Assembly: GCA_963700985.1 (NCBI GenBank)
Contig: OY969554.1
Coordinates: 1,600,001-1,664,000, forward strand
Source of the DNA: an uncultured Chlamydiales bacterium
GTDB taxonomy: Bacteria; Chlamydiota; Chlamydiia; Chlamydiales; Rhabdochlamydiaceae
Direction of reading: 5' to 3'
DNA length: 64,000 bases
A program made the position numbers and the translations under genes. A model generated the notes under the pieces. That model saw nothing but the letters and a program-made list of their open reading frames with translations, was not told the DNA's origin and made no database searches. Each line of letters starts with the position of its first letter. Position 1 is the first letter of the stretch. Of the stretch, positions 7,753 through 17,400 are shown piece by piece.

Positions 7753-10359
7753 CTATTTAGATAAATGCTTACCCAGCAGGCCAGGTAGCTTCATCATGTC
7801 GACAGGCTGGTCAGTTTCAAAAACCTTTGCAAGTTTAGCATCGGGGCGAATGTGCCGACGGTTTTTAGGATCTTGCAAGTTGTGTGTTTTGATGTAGTCC
7901 CACACTTTTTTGAGTGTTTCTGGACGCGAGAGTTCTTTTTCCCCAGTGATCGCTTGAAGTGCGGGTGAAAGTTTGAGCGCAGCTTGTTTGCGCGGAGCCT
8001 TTTTAGACGCACTGCTTTTTTTGCTGACAGCCCCTTTTTTACCCTTTTTAGAGACTTTTTTCTCAGGAGCCTCTTTTTCGGCAGCACCCTTTTTACCCCA
8101 CTTGCCTTTGGTCTTTTTGACGTAAGGAGTCTTAGGGTGATCTTGGTATTTCTGTTCGAGGTCATCGAGATTATTTACGATCACATCACAATCGGGATAG
8201 TTGGAGCAAGAGAAGAAGGGTTTGCCAAAACGCGATCTTCTTTGAACCATCTTGCCGTCACAGTCAATCGCAGGGCATGTAGGCATATCTGCAGGCAGAG
8301 GTTCACCCGCTTTGGCAATGTTAACCAGGCCGCGGCATTCGGGATAGCGGCTGCAACCTAAGAAAGCGCCAAACTTTCCATGGCGCACTTTCATTGGGCT
8401 AGCGCACTTAGGGCAGGGCTGATCCCAGTTGAAAGTAGGATCGTAGTCCTCTTTTTTGAAGTCGAGTGCTTCGGCTGAGGTCGTAAATTCGCATTCGGGG
8501 TAATTAGAGCAGCCGTAGAAATATTTTTTGCGAGCCCAGATCTTTTGTAGCTTATGGCCGCAGTTAGGACAATCGATATCGGTTAAAATACGCGGAACAA
8601 AGGCCTCTTTCTCAGCAGCTTCAACTGTTGGGATGAAATTTTTCCAGAAGTCGCGGATGATCTCTTTCCAGTTCTTCTTGTTTTCAGCCACAAACTCCAG
8701 CTCATCTTCCATTGCAGCAGTAAAGCCCACATCCATGATGATCTTGAAATTGTCTTCGAGCATACGCGCAATCACCCGACCTAGTTCTGTCGGTTTAATC
8801 GTGCCTTTCTCTTTAGCGCTATAATCGCGGCTCTGGATCTTATTCATGATGCTTGCATACGTCGACGGACGGCCGATGCCAAGTCTTTCAAGCTCTTTAA
8901 CTAATGAAGCTTCAGTGTAACGTGGAGGTGGACGTGTGAAGGCTTGTACAGATTGCAGCTCAGCCAATTTAAGTGGCTGACCTTCCACAAGTGGAGGCAG
9001 CAGTCTATCTTCATCTTTTTCCTCTTCGCCAGGGGTGCGATCTTGCTTTTCTTCGTAGACAGCGAGGAATCCAGGGAACTTAAGCGTCGATCCCGTAGCG
9101 CGCAATAAGATGCCTTGATCGGTGGCAATATCAGAGGAGACAGTGTCGTAGATAGCCGGATTCATTTGTGAGGCGAGCATGCGGCGCCAGATCAGTTGAT
9201 AGAGCTTGAATTGATCTTCATGCAGATAATTTCTGATCTTTTCAGGCGCGAGTTGAAGGTTAGTTGGGCGAATACCTTCGTGGGCATCTTGCGCGCTCTT
9301 CTTCGTAGAGAAGTGTCTCGCTTCGGAGGGGAGATATTCTTTGCCATATTCACTGGCGATAAAGCGTCTTGCGCCCTCAATTGCTTCAGGTGAAATACGC
9401 ACTGAGTCGGTACGCATATAGGTAATAAGACCTTCTGCGCCTTCGTTGCCGAGATCGACGCCCTCATAGAGGCCTTGTGCGATATTCATCGTCCGCGAGG
9501 CTGAAAAACCAAAGTGACGGCTCGCTTCCTGCTGCAGTGTTGAGGTAATAAAAGGTGGTGCAGGATTGCGGCGTTTTTCCTTTTTTTCAACAGAGTCTAC
9601 TTTATAATTTGCTTTTTTAAGCTTCGCAGAGATGTTTTCAGCTGTCTCTTGATTTGGAATCGTGAAGACTTCTTTTCCAGGAATAGGTTCTTTCTCAACG
9701 CGCTGACCATCGACAGAATAGAGATAGGCGCGGAATGTAGAATCATCTCCTTTAGGATGCAAAAGCGTGCCGATGTTCCAATATTCTATTGGAATAAATG
9801 CTTCGATCTCATTTTCACGATCGACAACGAGTTTCAAAGCTACCGATTGCACTCGACCTGCAGATAAACCACCATCTCTAGCGCCTTGCACGCGCCTCAT
9901 TAGAATCGGGGAGATCTTATATCCCACAATACGGTCTAGCATGCGTCGAGCCTGTTGTGCATCAACAAGGGCTTGATCGATATCACGGGGATGTCTAAGC
10001 GCTTCTAATACGGCATCTTTGGTGAATTCGTTAAACGTGACCCGCTTGATTTCTGTATTTGCAGGTAAAATGGAAGCGATATGCCATGCAATTGCTTCTC
10101 CTTCGCGGTCGGGGTCAGGCGATAGGTAGACAACATCTACTAACTTGGCAGCCTTTTTGAGGCGTTGAATCACATCTTTCTTTTCAGGCAGAAGCGCATA
10201 TTCCGGTTCGAAATCATGCTCGACATCGATGCCAAAGCCTCGTTGGGGCAGGTCGCGGATGTGGCCAAGTGAAGATTCAAAGGAGTATCCTTTCCCTAAA
10301 AACTTTTTTAGGGTTTTGATCTTAGTAGGCGACTCAACAATAATTAAGGCTTTAGTCAT
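7753..10359 (-). CDS. topA: DNA topoisomerase I with zinc ribbons and C-terminal SWIB domain
   Basis: IIVESPTK, DPDREGE, SAGRVQS, ITYMRTDS, AQDAHE, GIGRPSTYA; three C4 ribbons; SWIB-like LSPAL..VWDYIK.HNLQDPKNRR. Confidence 0.97.
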   Translation of the reverse strand: MTKALIIVESPTKIKTLKKFLGKGYSFESSLGHIRDLPQRGFGIDVEHDFEPEYALLPEKKDVIQRLKKAAKLVDVVYLSPDPDREGEAIAWHIASILPANTEIKRVTFNEFTKDAVLEALRHPRDIDQALVDAQQARRMLDRIVGYKISPILMRRVQGARDGGLSAGRVQSVALKLVVDRENEIEAFIPIEYWNIGTLLHPKGDDSTFRAYLYSVDGQRVEKEPIPGKEVFTIPNQETAENISAKLKKANYKVDSVEKKEKRRNPAPPFITSTLQQEASRHFGFSASRTMNIAQGLYEGVDLGNEGAEGLITYMRTDSVRISPEAIEGARRFIASEYGKEYLPSEARHFSTKKSAQDAHEGIRPTNLQLAPEKIRNYLHEDQFKLYQLIWRRMLASQMNPAIYDTVSSDIATDQGILLRATGSTLKFPGFLAVYEEKQDRTPGEEEKDEDRLLPPLVEGQPLKLAELQSVQAFTRPPPRYTEASLVKELERLGIGRPSTYASIMNKIQSRDYSAKEKGTIKPTELGRVIARMLEDNFKIIMDVGFTAAMEDELEFVAENKKNWKEIIRDFWKNFIPTVEAAEKEAFVPRILTDIDCPNCGHKLQKIWARKKYFYGCSNYPECEFTTSAEALDFKKEDYDPTFNWDQPCPKCASPMKVRHGKFGAFLGCSRYPECRGLVNIAKAGEPLPADMPTCPAIDCDGKMVQRRSRFGKPFFSCSNYPDCDVIVNNLDDLEQKYQDHPKTPYVKKTKGKWGKKGAAEKEAPEKKVSKKGKKGAVSKKSSASKKAPRKQAALKLSPALQAITGEKELSRPETLKKVWDYIKTHNLQDPKNRRHIRPDAKLAKVFETDQPVDMMKLPGLLGKHLSK

Positions 10360-11392
10360 TCTTTTTGTAGTGCCGACCAGGGAGTTCCCGGATGGCTCCT
10401 TTTAAAATAAGGCTCATTAATTTGGCACTTAATTTCGAAGTTGGCAGCTCAATTTTGGCCGCAAGTTCCTCAAAACTAATTTCTTCCGACGGAAAGACAG
10501 ACAGAACACTCTGCTCATCCTTCTCTAAAAAAGCAAAAGTCTTTTTGGGTTGAAAAGATGTTTTACCTTTTTCGGGTTGAAGAAGGGATAACATCTCTTG
10601 CCCATTTTCGACAAGTAGGGCCTTTCGATTTTTAATTAAAAAATGATTTCCACGAAAACTTTCCAGGTCTACCCGACCTGGCAAGGCAAAGCAGAATTTT
10701 TCTAAATCGTGAGCATAATCCATGGTGATCATGGCCCCACTTTTAATGGGGGCTTCAACTAATAATACTCCTTTTGAGAAAGCTGCAATCAGTCGATTAC
10801 GACGGGGAAAAAGATGTTTTGCCGGCGCCGTTTTCATAGGATACTCGCTGATCACAGCCCCGCGCTTTGCGATTTCATCCGCCAATTTGATATTATCTCG
10901 CGGGTAGAGATCTGCTAGGCCCGAACCGATAAATGCCACACTTCTGCCCATGCTCAGTGCTCCTTGATGCGCGGCAGTATCAATGCCTCGCGCTAAGCCG
11001 CTTGTAATGGTCAGCCCCATGCTGGCCACCTCGGCGCTGAGCTTGGTGGCCATCTCTCTTCCATATAAGGAGCAGATACGTGTACCGACCACGCCCAGTC
11101 CATGCTGGTCTTCTTCTAAGAGTTCACCTTTAATATATAGGAGAAGAGGTGGATCAGAAAGTTTTAGTAATGAAGGCGGATATTTAGGATCGAGATATGA
11201 AATAAGTTTGATTTGCAGTCGCTCGATCAGTTCTAGATCTTCTTGCCAATTGGCTTGAGCTTGCCAGTTTTTCAGATCCGGATGAGATAGTTCGAGTGCT
11301 GCTAAGGCTGAGCCCGCCGCTTTGATCAATTGCCGAACTTCTTTGGCTTTGAGTAAATGAGATAAAACTAATAACGCTTCTAACTCGTCCAT
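10352..11392 (-). CDS. dprA: DNA-processing protein DprA/Smf
   Basis: VVGTR, SGLARGIDTAAH, ISEYP, FPRRNRLIA, VEAPIKSGAMIT; classic dprA-topA order. Start is 11392 or 11398. Confidence 0.93.
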   Translation of the reverse strand: MDELEALLVLSHLLKAKEVRQLIKAAGSALAALELSHPDLKNWQAQANWQEDLELIERLQIKLISYLDPKYPPSLLKLSDPPLLLYIKGELLEEDQHGLGVVGTRICSLYGREMATKLSAEVASMGLTITSGLARGIDTAAHQGALSMGRSVAFIGSGLADLYPRDNIKLADEIAKRGAVISEYPMKTAPAKHLFPRRNRLIAAFSKGVLLVEAPIKSGAMITMDYAHDLEKFCFALPGRVDLESFRGNHFLIKNRKALLVENGQEMLSLLQPEKGKTSFQPKKTFAFLEKDEQSVLSVFPSEEISFEELAAKIELPTSKLSAKLMSLILKGAIRELPGRHYKKND

Positions 11393-11453
11393 GGGCAAGC
11401 ATTATGTTCAAAAAAGAATTTTGTGGCTGCGCAAAAAATCTTGAAGAGTAGAG

Positions 11454-11543
11454 ATTACAGGATAGGCAGGATCGCCGCATAGCGGCGGCGGGATGAATAG
11501 GATAAGAAAAGAAAACCTCTTTTTATCTTGCTTATCCTGTAAT
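11454..11543. repeat. Intergenic CAGGAT-unit palindrome, copy 1
   Basis: Left arm ATTACAGGATAGGCAGGAT (11454-11472), right arm ATCTTGCTTATCCTGTAAT (11525-11543), internal hairpin CGCCGC-ATA-GCGGCG. Confidence 0.8.
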
Positions 11544-11616
11544 TCTTCTGCACCGAAAGCCCCACATAGACCCAGACATTGACTGAAATAAAGTCCGCCA
11601 GCTAGTCTTTCGCTTT

Positions 11617-12717
11617 ATGAAAACTCTACTCTCTAAGTGGTTTCTATTGCTTCTGCCTGTCGTGGCTTTTGGATTGTTCATGCTTTTGCGTGGAAAGAGC
11701 CAAGATGCCTTCTCAAAGAAGTGGGAAATCTCTCGCGATTTTGAAACTTTAATGGGAAAAGGTAGTCCTGTGTGGAACTATGTTCAGACACGCGAGGACA
11801 AAGAGTCTCTCAACTTCTTTAATAAACTATATGAGAAGAATTTTGAAAAGGCGCTTGCGCCTATCGGGACAGCTAAAATCCCCTCTACATTGCACCTCAT
11901 CTGGTTAGGACCCCAGAAATTCCCGCAAGCTTCGCTCAAAAATGTCGCCTCTTGGATTGAAAAGCACCCCTCTTGGACAGTCAAGTTTTGGACCGATAAT
12001 GACCAGCCAAGTCCGCACCCCAAAATGCAAAAGATTCTCATTCAAGAGAGCCATCTGCCCAATCTTCTCTCTTGTTACTATCTCTCCGATAGCTTTGGTG
12101 AACGCTCGGAGCTTTTGCGCTATGAAATCCTTTTTGCCGAAGGAGGAGTCTACGTCGATCACGATCTAACTTGTCTAAGTAGCCTCGATCGATTTAACTC
12201 TGCCTATGATTTTTATTGTGGTTTGGAAGCGCTTGCACCTTCGATTTTGAGCAGTTCGGTTTTTCCCAGCACACATCTCATCGCTGCCAAGCCTCAGCAT
12301 CCAATTTTATCTGTGGCGATGGATTGGATTAAAAGACGCTGGTCACAGCTTGAGACTGATTTTCCGGGAAATGATCCATCTGCTCTGCTCAATCGAGTGA
12401 AACACCGCTCTTTTAATGCTTTAAACGAAGGCATTCAGCAGAGGATCGACCGCGAGAAAAATGTCGATATTGTATTTCCTGCCGCCTTCTTCAGCCTGAA
12501 AGAACCAACGGACAACTCTTTTGCAACACACCAGCATGCAGGTGCTTGGCTAAAGCAAACTAATAGTGCACAAGAGAAGCTTGCCAAAGAGTATGAACAG
12601 ATCAACAGCCGTGTGAGCGTAACAGAACTGCTTCTCTACGTACAACTCGCTCTTTCTTTAGTGCTGCTCACCGGAATATTTTTAAGAAATAGGAAGGCTA
12701 AGCATGCGATCTCTTAA
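11617..12717 (+). CDS. Glycosyltransferase, DxD sugar-binding GT32-like, paralogue 1
   Basis: KIPSTLHLIWLGP, WTVKFWTD, SELLRYEIL..EGGVYVDHD; hydrophobic segments at both termini. Confidence 0.85.
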   Translation: MKTLLSKWFLLLLPVVAFGLFMLLRGKSQDAFSKKWEISRDFETLMGKGSPVWNYVQTREDKESLNFFNKLYEKNFEKALAPIGTAKIPSTLHLIWLGPQKFPQASLKNVASWIEKHPSWTVKFWTDNDQPSPHPKMQKILIQESHLPNLLSCYYLSDSFGERSELLRYEILFAEGGVYVDHDLTCLSSLDRFNSAYDFYCGLEALAPSILSSSVFPSTHLIAAKPQHPILSVAMDWIKRRWSQLETDFPGNDPSALLNRVKHRSFNALNEGIQQRIDREKNVDIVFPAAFFSLKEPTDNSFATHQHAGAWLKQTNSAQEKLAKEYEQINSRVSVTELLLYVQLALSLVLLTGIFLRNRKAKHAIS

Positions 12718-13774
12718 GATAGCTTTCCTCTTCGTGTGCATACTTGGCTTAGCGTCTAGTTGCTCTAGCAAAAAGAAAGAAAAACCACACACTACAGCTG
12801 AATTTTATTCTTTGATGGGGGAGCATACCCCTCACTGGAATCATGTTGCGCAAGAGCAAGATCGCTCTTTCTTAGAAACGTGCAAAGGTGTTTATGAAAA
12901 GACTTACAATGAACTTTTGACCGCGCGTAAGAGCGTCAAAATTCCTAAAACGATCCATTTTATTTGGCTCGGACCCAAATCTTTTCCTCTTGAGTCAGTT
13001 GAAAATGTGCGCACGTGGATGGCGCAACATCCCGACTGGACTGTCAAATTTTGGACCGATCGCGACCGCCCTCTTCCGTGCCGCGGCATGCAAAAGGTCT
13101 TTGTAAAAGATTTCCCTTTCTCGCGACTCGAGCGCTGTTTTTTGCAGTCGCAAAACTATGGAGAGAAGTCGGATATCTTAAGATATGAAATTTTAAATCA
13201 TGAAGGCGGTGTTTACGTCGATCACGATGCTAACTGTTTGCAATCTTTCCATCCTTTGCATACCGCCTACGATTTTTATTGCTGCTTAGAAACTCCACAT
13301 GAGCCATTTGTCGGACAAACCGTGACCTGTGGCAATGGCGTGATTGGCGCCAGACCCAATCACCCCGCGCTGCGACGCGTGATCGATCTCATTGCTCAGC
13401 GTTGGGATATCCTGGGAAAAAAATACCAAGGTAGAGATCTCTACTCTCGCACCGAGGTAGTTATGCAGCGCACTTATATTGCGCTCACAAGTGCATTGAA
13501 AGAAGATATCTTAAATCGTGAAGGCAACGTAGATATCGTGCTACCAGCTTCATATTTTTTTGCCAAAAGCGGTATGCCTTCTCTTTATTCGAAACACTTT
13601 TATGCTACGGCCTGGTCTGAACAGAAGAGTGCCAACAAAGACGATAAGCAGCTTTTAAAGCGTGTAGATCGCATCAGTCAGAAGAGCAAAAACATCCAGC
13701 TTCTCAGCTCTCTTGTGCTTGGGTTCAATCTTTTACTGATGGCAGGCTTTGTCCTGCGCACGAGGAGAAGGTAA
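12704..13774 (+). CDS. Glycosyltransferase, GT32-like, paralogue 2 (possible lipoprotein)
   Basis: KIPKTIHFIWLGP, SDILRYEIL..EGGVYVDHD, HFYATAW; N-terminal LASSC lipobox-like motif; C-terminal TM. Confidence 0.85.
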   Translation: MRSLKIAFLFVCILGLASSCSSKKKEKPHTTAEFYSLMGEHTPHWNHVAQEQDRSFLETCKGVYEKTYNELLTARKSVKIPKTIHFIWLGPKSFPLESVENVRTWMAQHPDWTVKFWTDRDRPLPCRGMQKVFVKDFPFSRLERCFLQSQNYGEKSDILRYEILNHEGGVYVDHDANCLQSFHPLHTAYDFYCCLETPHEPFVGQTVTCGNGVIGARPNHPALRRVIDLIAQRWDILGKKYQGRDLYSRTEVVMQRTYIALTSALKEDILNREGNVDIVLPASYFFAKSGMPSLYSKHFYATAWSEQKSANKDDKQLLKRVDRISQKSKNIQLLSSLVLGFNLLLMAGFVLRTRRR

Positions 13775-13778
13775 GCCG

Positions 13779-14879
13779 ATGTCTCAGAGACGAAAGCTTT
13801 TAATTATCCTATGCGTCGTCACCACCTGCTTGAGTGTAAGCTCACTTTTTTTTGGCACAAAGAAAAGCTCTCCTAGTCTTTCAAAATCTGCGTCAGAAGA
13901 TTTTGAAGCATTGATGGGAAAGGGGACGTCAAGATGGGAGTTTGTACAGACTAAAGAAGATTTTGAAAATCTACACTTCTTTAAAAAGCTCTTCGACACG
14001 CGAAAAACGCTCTTCAAAGAAGTTCAAACACACAACTTTCGCATTCCCAAAGTTTTGCACTTTGTTTGGCTTGGGCCAAAATCTTTTCCGCGAGAATCTG
14101 TGGAAAATGTACGCAGCTGGATGGCTAAACACCCAGATTGGACGATCAAATTTTGGACTGATAAAGAAAGACCACTTCCTTGCCCTGGCATGGAACTTAA
14201 ATTAGTGCGCGATTTCAAGTTTCTGATGCTCGACAAGTGCTATCAAAAGAGCGATAACTGGGCTGAAAAGTCTGACGTCCTGCGTTATGAGATTCTCTAT
14301 CAAGAGGGCGGCGTATATGCAGATCACGATGTGAAATGCTTCAAAGCTTTTGATTCTTTGAACCATGCTTATGACTTTTATTGCGGGATGGACATGCCTT
14401 ATAAGAGTAGCTTGCCCTCGTGCGTTTTTCCCACGAATAATCTCATCGGCATTGCCCCTGGACATCCGATTTTAAAAACCTGCATGCAGTCTCTTAAAGC
14501 TCAATGGGACCAGATTGAAAACGCCTACCCAGGCACTGCTCGTGACGAGGCCTTAAATCGTGTGCTGCATCGCACCTTCTTGCTATTTGGCGAATCGATC
14601 AAGCAGGCTAGTAATCAAGATGGGCGCCAAGATATCGTCTTTCCCGCTTTCTATTTCGATGCCCCATCCCAAGATCAAGCCATGTGGGCCTACCATTTTT
14701 ATGCCGGCTTGGGGTTCGAAGAGGAGAGTAAATTTGAGAAAATGGTGCGTGAGCGACTCATGACCATCACTAAAAAATCAAATAAGCTCTTTTTGATTTT
14801 AGGCATCGCAACCGGACTTAATTTGTTCGGATTTTGCGCGCTTTTCATTCTTTTGAAAAAGAGACCCCAGGCTCTCTGA
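13779..14879 (+). CDS. Glycosyltransferase, GT32-like, paralogue 3
   Basis: RIPKVLHFVWLGP, SDVLRYEILYQEGGVYADHD; ATG at 13779 just after the upstream stop; TM at both ends. Confidence 0.85.
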   Translation: MSQRRKLLIILCVVTTCLSVSSLFFGTKKSSPSLSKSASEDFEALMGKGTSRWEFVQTKEDFENLHFFKKLFDTRKTLFKEVQTHNFRIPKVLHFVWLGPKSFPRESVENVRSWMAKHPDWTIKFWTDKERPLPCPGMELKLVRDFKFLMLDKCYQKSDNWAEKSDVLRYEILYQEGGVYADHDVKCFKAFDSLNHAYDFYCGMDMPYKSSLPSCVFPTNNLIGIAPGHPILKTCMQSLKAQWDQIENAYPGTARDEALNRVLHRTFLLFGESIKQASNQDGRQDIVFPAFYFDAPSQDQAMWAYHFYAGLGFEEESKFEKMVRERLMTITKKSNKLFLILGIATGLNLFGFCALFILLKKRPQAL

Positions 14880-14880
14880 T

Positions 14881-15681
14881 ATGCTCTCTGATGCCGAACT
14901 TCTGGCGTATAATAAAAGAGGTTTAATCCCCGCTCCAGATGAAACTGAAGCGCAGTTTTTGCAGCGTATAAGATCTCTTAAAAGCGAAGAAGTGAACGAT
15001 CCTCTTATCCCTGAAGATTGGGATGAAGCCCACGCACTCACGCGTCTGCTTTTCGATTTTTCTGCAGACTGGGTAAAAGCGTTTTACAGCAAAAAGCAAC
15101 TTCCCTTTTGGCAGGGTGCGGTCACTTGGTTGGGGGACCCTCCGCTTATTCAACTCCATCCCGAACTTAAAAAAGGATCCTATTTAAAGCTCTACCATCG
15201 CAAAGAGGTGTTGGCGCATGAGGCTGTGCATGCTATGCGCACGCCACTTGCCGCCAATCGATTTGAGGAGTATTTTGCTTACCTCACATCTGAGCGCTCA
15301 TGGCGAAGCAAGCTTGGGCCCCTCTTTCGCACGTCTGCTGAAGGCTCCATTTTTTTATGCCTGCTCGCCTTTTCGGTCTGCGCTTCGTATCTATCTATAT
15401 GGATGCCCATCTTTGGCCTGCTTTTCGCTCTTCCTTGGCTTATCCTTATAATAGCCTTAATTAGGCTCGGCCTGACGCATATCACCCTTAAACGCTGTAA
15501 AGCACAGCTTTTTTCTATCCTGCACAAATCTGATTATGTGCGCTTTTTAATGGTTCGCCTCACGGATAAAGAGATCATTCGATTCTCAACTCTCACGCCC
15601 TCAGCAATTTACGAATATTGCGCCCTAGAAAAAAATCGTTCTCTGCGCTGGAAAATGCTATTTCAAGCATATTTTAATTAG
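14881..15681 (+). CDS. Hypothetical membrane protein with HExxH motif
   Basis: LAHEAVHAMR followed by FEE, two TM helices; starts 1 bp after the GT32 stop. Confidence 0.65.
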   Translation: MLSDAELLAYNKRGLIPAPDETEAQFLQRIRSLKSEEVNDPLIPEDWDEAHALTRLLFDFSADWVKAFYSKKQLPFWQGAVTWLGDPPLIQLHPELKKGSYLKLYHRKEVLAHEAVHAMRTPLAANRFEEYFAYLTSERSWRSKLGPLFRTSAEGSIFLCLLAFSVCASYLSIWMPIFGLLFALPWLILIIALIRLGLTHITLKRCKAQLFSILHKSDYVRFLMVRLTDKEIIRFSTLTPSAIYEYCALEKNRSLRWKMLFQAYFN

Positions 15682-15745
15682 TAATTAATTATTTACTTTA
15701 ATTATAAATAATGTCATAATTAATTCTTTATAATAAGGAATAATT

Positions 15746-16228
15746 ATGTCGATAATCACTTTAAAGCCTGCAGCTGAACAATATCTTAAAGCGATGGAGC
15801 TTGATCCTATTTCGGCTCAAGAAGTGCGAAGGTTTGTGATTCGAGATAACCACACGGATTCTCCCTTAGATATATTAAGATGGCTTATTTATATCATTGC
15901 ATCTGTGGTAAAGCCTTGCTTTGGATGCCGTTCTGCTCGCCAAAATGATCAACAATACGTCGTAGATCTTATAAAAATACGTGCGTTTGAGATTGCCAAA
16001 GAAAAACTTCTTATCGACCGACCATCTCTATCATTTGAGAAGCAGTCCCAGCTCACAGACTATGTAATCGATCGAGTAAATGCGCACGCGAGCAAACTCA
16101 TGTATGCATGCTCGATTGCCCAGCAAGAAGATGAACCTCTTTCCAATCTAGAAAATGAGTATTTCGACCATTTCTTAGATATGGTTAAGCAAAAGTGCAT
16201 GCATAGCCGACTTCTTTATGAATCTTAA
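15746..16228 (+). CDS. Hypothetical protein, paralogue A
   Basis: AAGGA SD and AT-rich leader; similar to 16782..17276. Confidence 0.75.
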   Translation: MSIITLKPAAEQYLKAMELDPISAQEVRRFVIRDNHTDSPLDILRWLIYIIASVVKPCFGCRSARQNDQQYVVDLIKIRAFEIAKEKLLIDRPSLSFEKQSQLTDYVIDRVNAHASKLMYACSIAQQEDEPLSNLENEYFDHFLDMVKQKCMHSRLLYES

Positions 16229-16246
16229 TTAACTAATACAATCAAT

Positions 16247-16705
16247 ATGTCTACTACAAGAGAATTATCTTTAGGTGCAGAAATCTCTATTCCGCAGATG
16301 TGGCTGGAAGAGGGCGAAGATAAAATCATTAAAACCTGCCTGTCTAAATACACACGTCCTGATAAGTGGTTGAGCATTGACACGCTAAAATGGGCAGTTA
16401 GATGCATCATAAACGCGGCAAGCAGGATTATTGGAAAATCTGACTGGCAGCAAGCAAGAAATCTCATTCAAGAGCGATTGCTTGGCAGGGTTTATCTGCT
16501 TACAAAACATAAAACCGCTCCAAACCTCGAAGAAAGCCGTTTAAAAAACTTCGGAAAAGAAGCACGCCAAGAAACAAAAAAAGTTGCAGGCGAGCTTTTG
16601 GGTCTTTGTTTTCTTCAAACTGCTGAAGCCGCTATTTTGCTGGTAAATATAGATCTCGAGCAGCGTATTGAAGATATCTGGGAAAGAAATGTCCTAAGTT
16701 ATTAA
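16247..16705 (+). CDS. Hypothetical protein, paralogue B
   Basis: Similar to 17401..17898 (SDWQ.AR.I, KEA..E.K, I..IW.R). Confidence 0.75.
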   Translation: MSTTRELSLGAEISIPQMWLEEGEDKIIKTCLSKYTRPDKWLSIDTLKWAVRCIINAASRIIGKSDWQQARNLIQERLLGRVYLLTKHKTAPNLEESRLKNFGKEARQETKKVAGELLGLCFLQTAEAAILLVNIDLEQRIEDIWERNVLSY

Positions 16706-16781
16706 TAACCATATACCTACGCCATTCTTTACTTTTACTTTAATTTTAAACATACTTGTATAGTTATAACCTAAGGTAATT

Positions 16782-17276
16782 GTGAGTGCAATTCAATTAA
16801 GCGCCCCCGCACAGTGTTATCTTAATGCGATGGATTTAAGCGCAGAAAATCGCGCTATTGTCATTGCTTGTGTTACCAATTATGAAATTCCCCACACGAT
16901 TTGCGATATGTTCTTATGGTTGGTTCATTGGATCGTAAATACCGTAAAATCCATTTTTGGGGCTTCTGAATGGCAAACAACGCTAAGCTTGGTCCAAAAC
17001 CATATCGTTGAGATTGCTACAGCCAAGAACCTCATAGATAGCCCATCGCGTCCATTAAATGAACGAATCAAGCTTAATGAATACATTTTCAACCAAGCTG
17101 CCTGGCATGCTGATAGGCTTCTATCGGGTTGTCACACGGCTCAGGAAGAATATACCTTTGTCTCACCTGAACTCACAGCCTTAGAAAAAGAGTGGCATGC
17201 AGACCATTTTATCGATCTTCTTTGGGTCGACCTTCTCTCTCATCGCCTTGATCATCTATTTCAGTCCAAATCCTAG
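16782..17276 (+). CDS. Hypothetical protein, paralogue A'
   Basis: GTG start after AAGG; YL.AM.L, W.....VK..FG, EIA..K.LID.PS and C..AQ.E shared with A. Confidence 0.75.
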   Translation: MSAIQLSAPAQCYLNAMDLSAENRAIVIACVTNYEIPHTICDMFLWLVHWIVNTVKSIFGASEWQTTLSLVQNHIVEIATAKNLIDSPSRPLNERIKLNEYIFNQAAWHADRLLSGCHTAQEEYTFVSPELTALEKEWHADHFIDLLWVDLLSHRLDHLFQSKS

Positions 17277-17400
17277 GGTCTAATACACTAATAATTAGTA
17301 TGTTAGGGATGAATAATTCTTTAATATGCAAATTAAAGATATAATTGTAATTTAATACAATTATTGATATAATTACTTATAAGTTTAATAGATTTAATAT

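Noticed and set aside
11184-11480. Short ORFs crossing the CAGGAT elements (also 27022-27204, 59565-59780)
   Set aside because: Out-of-frame overlaps of real genes; the translations simply reflect the repeat.
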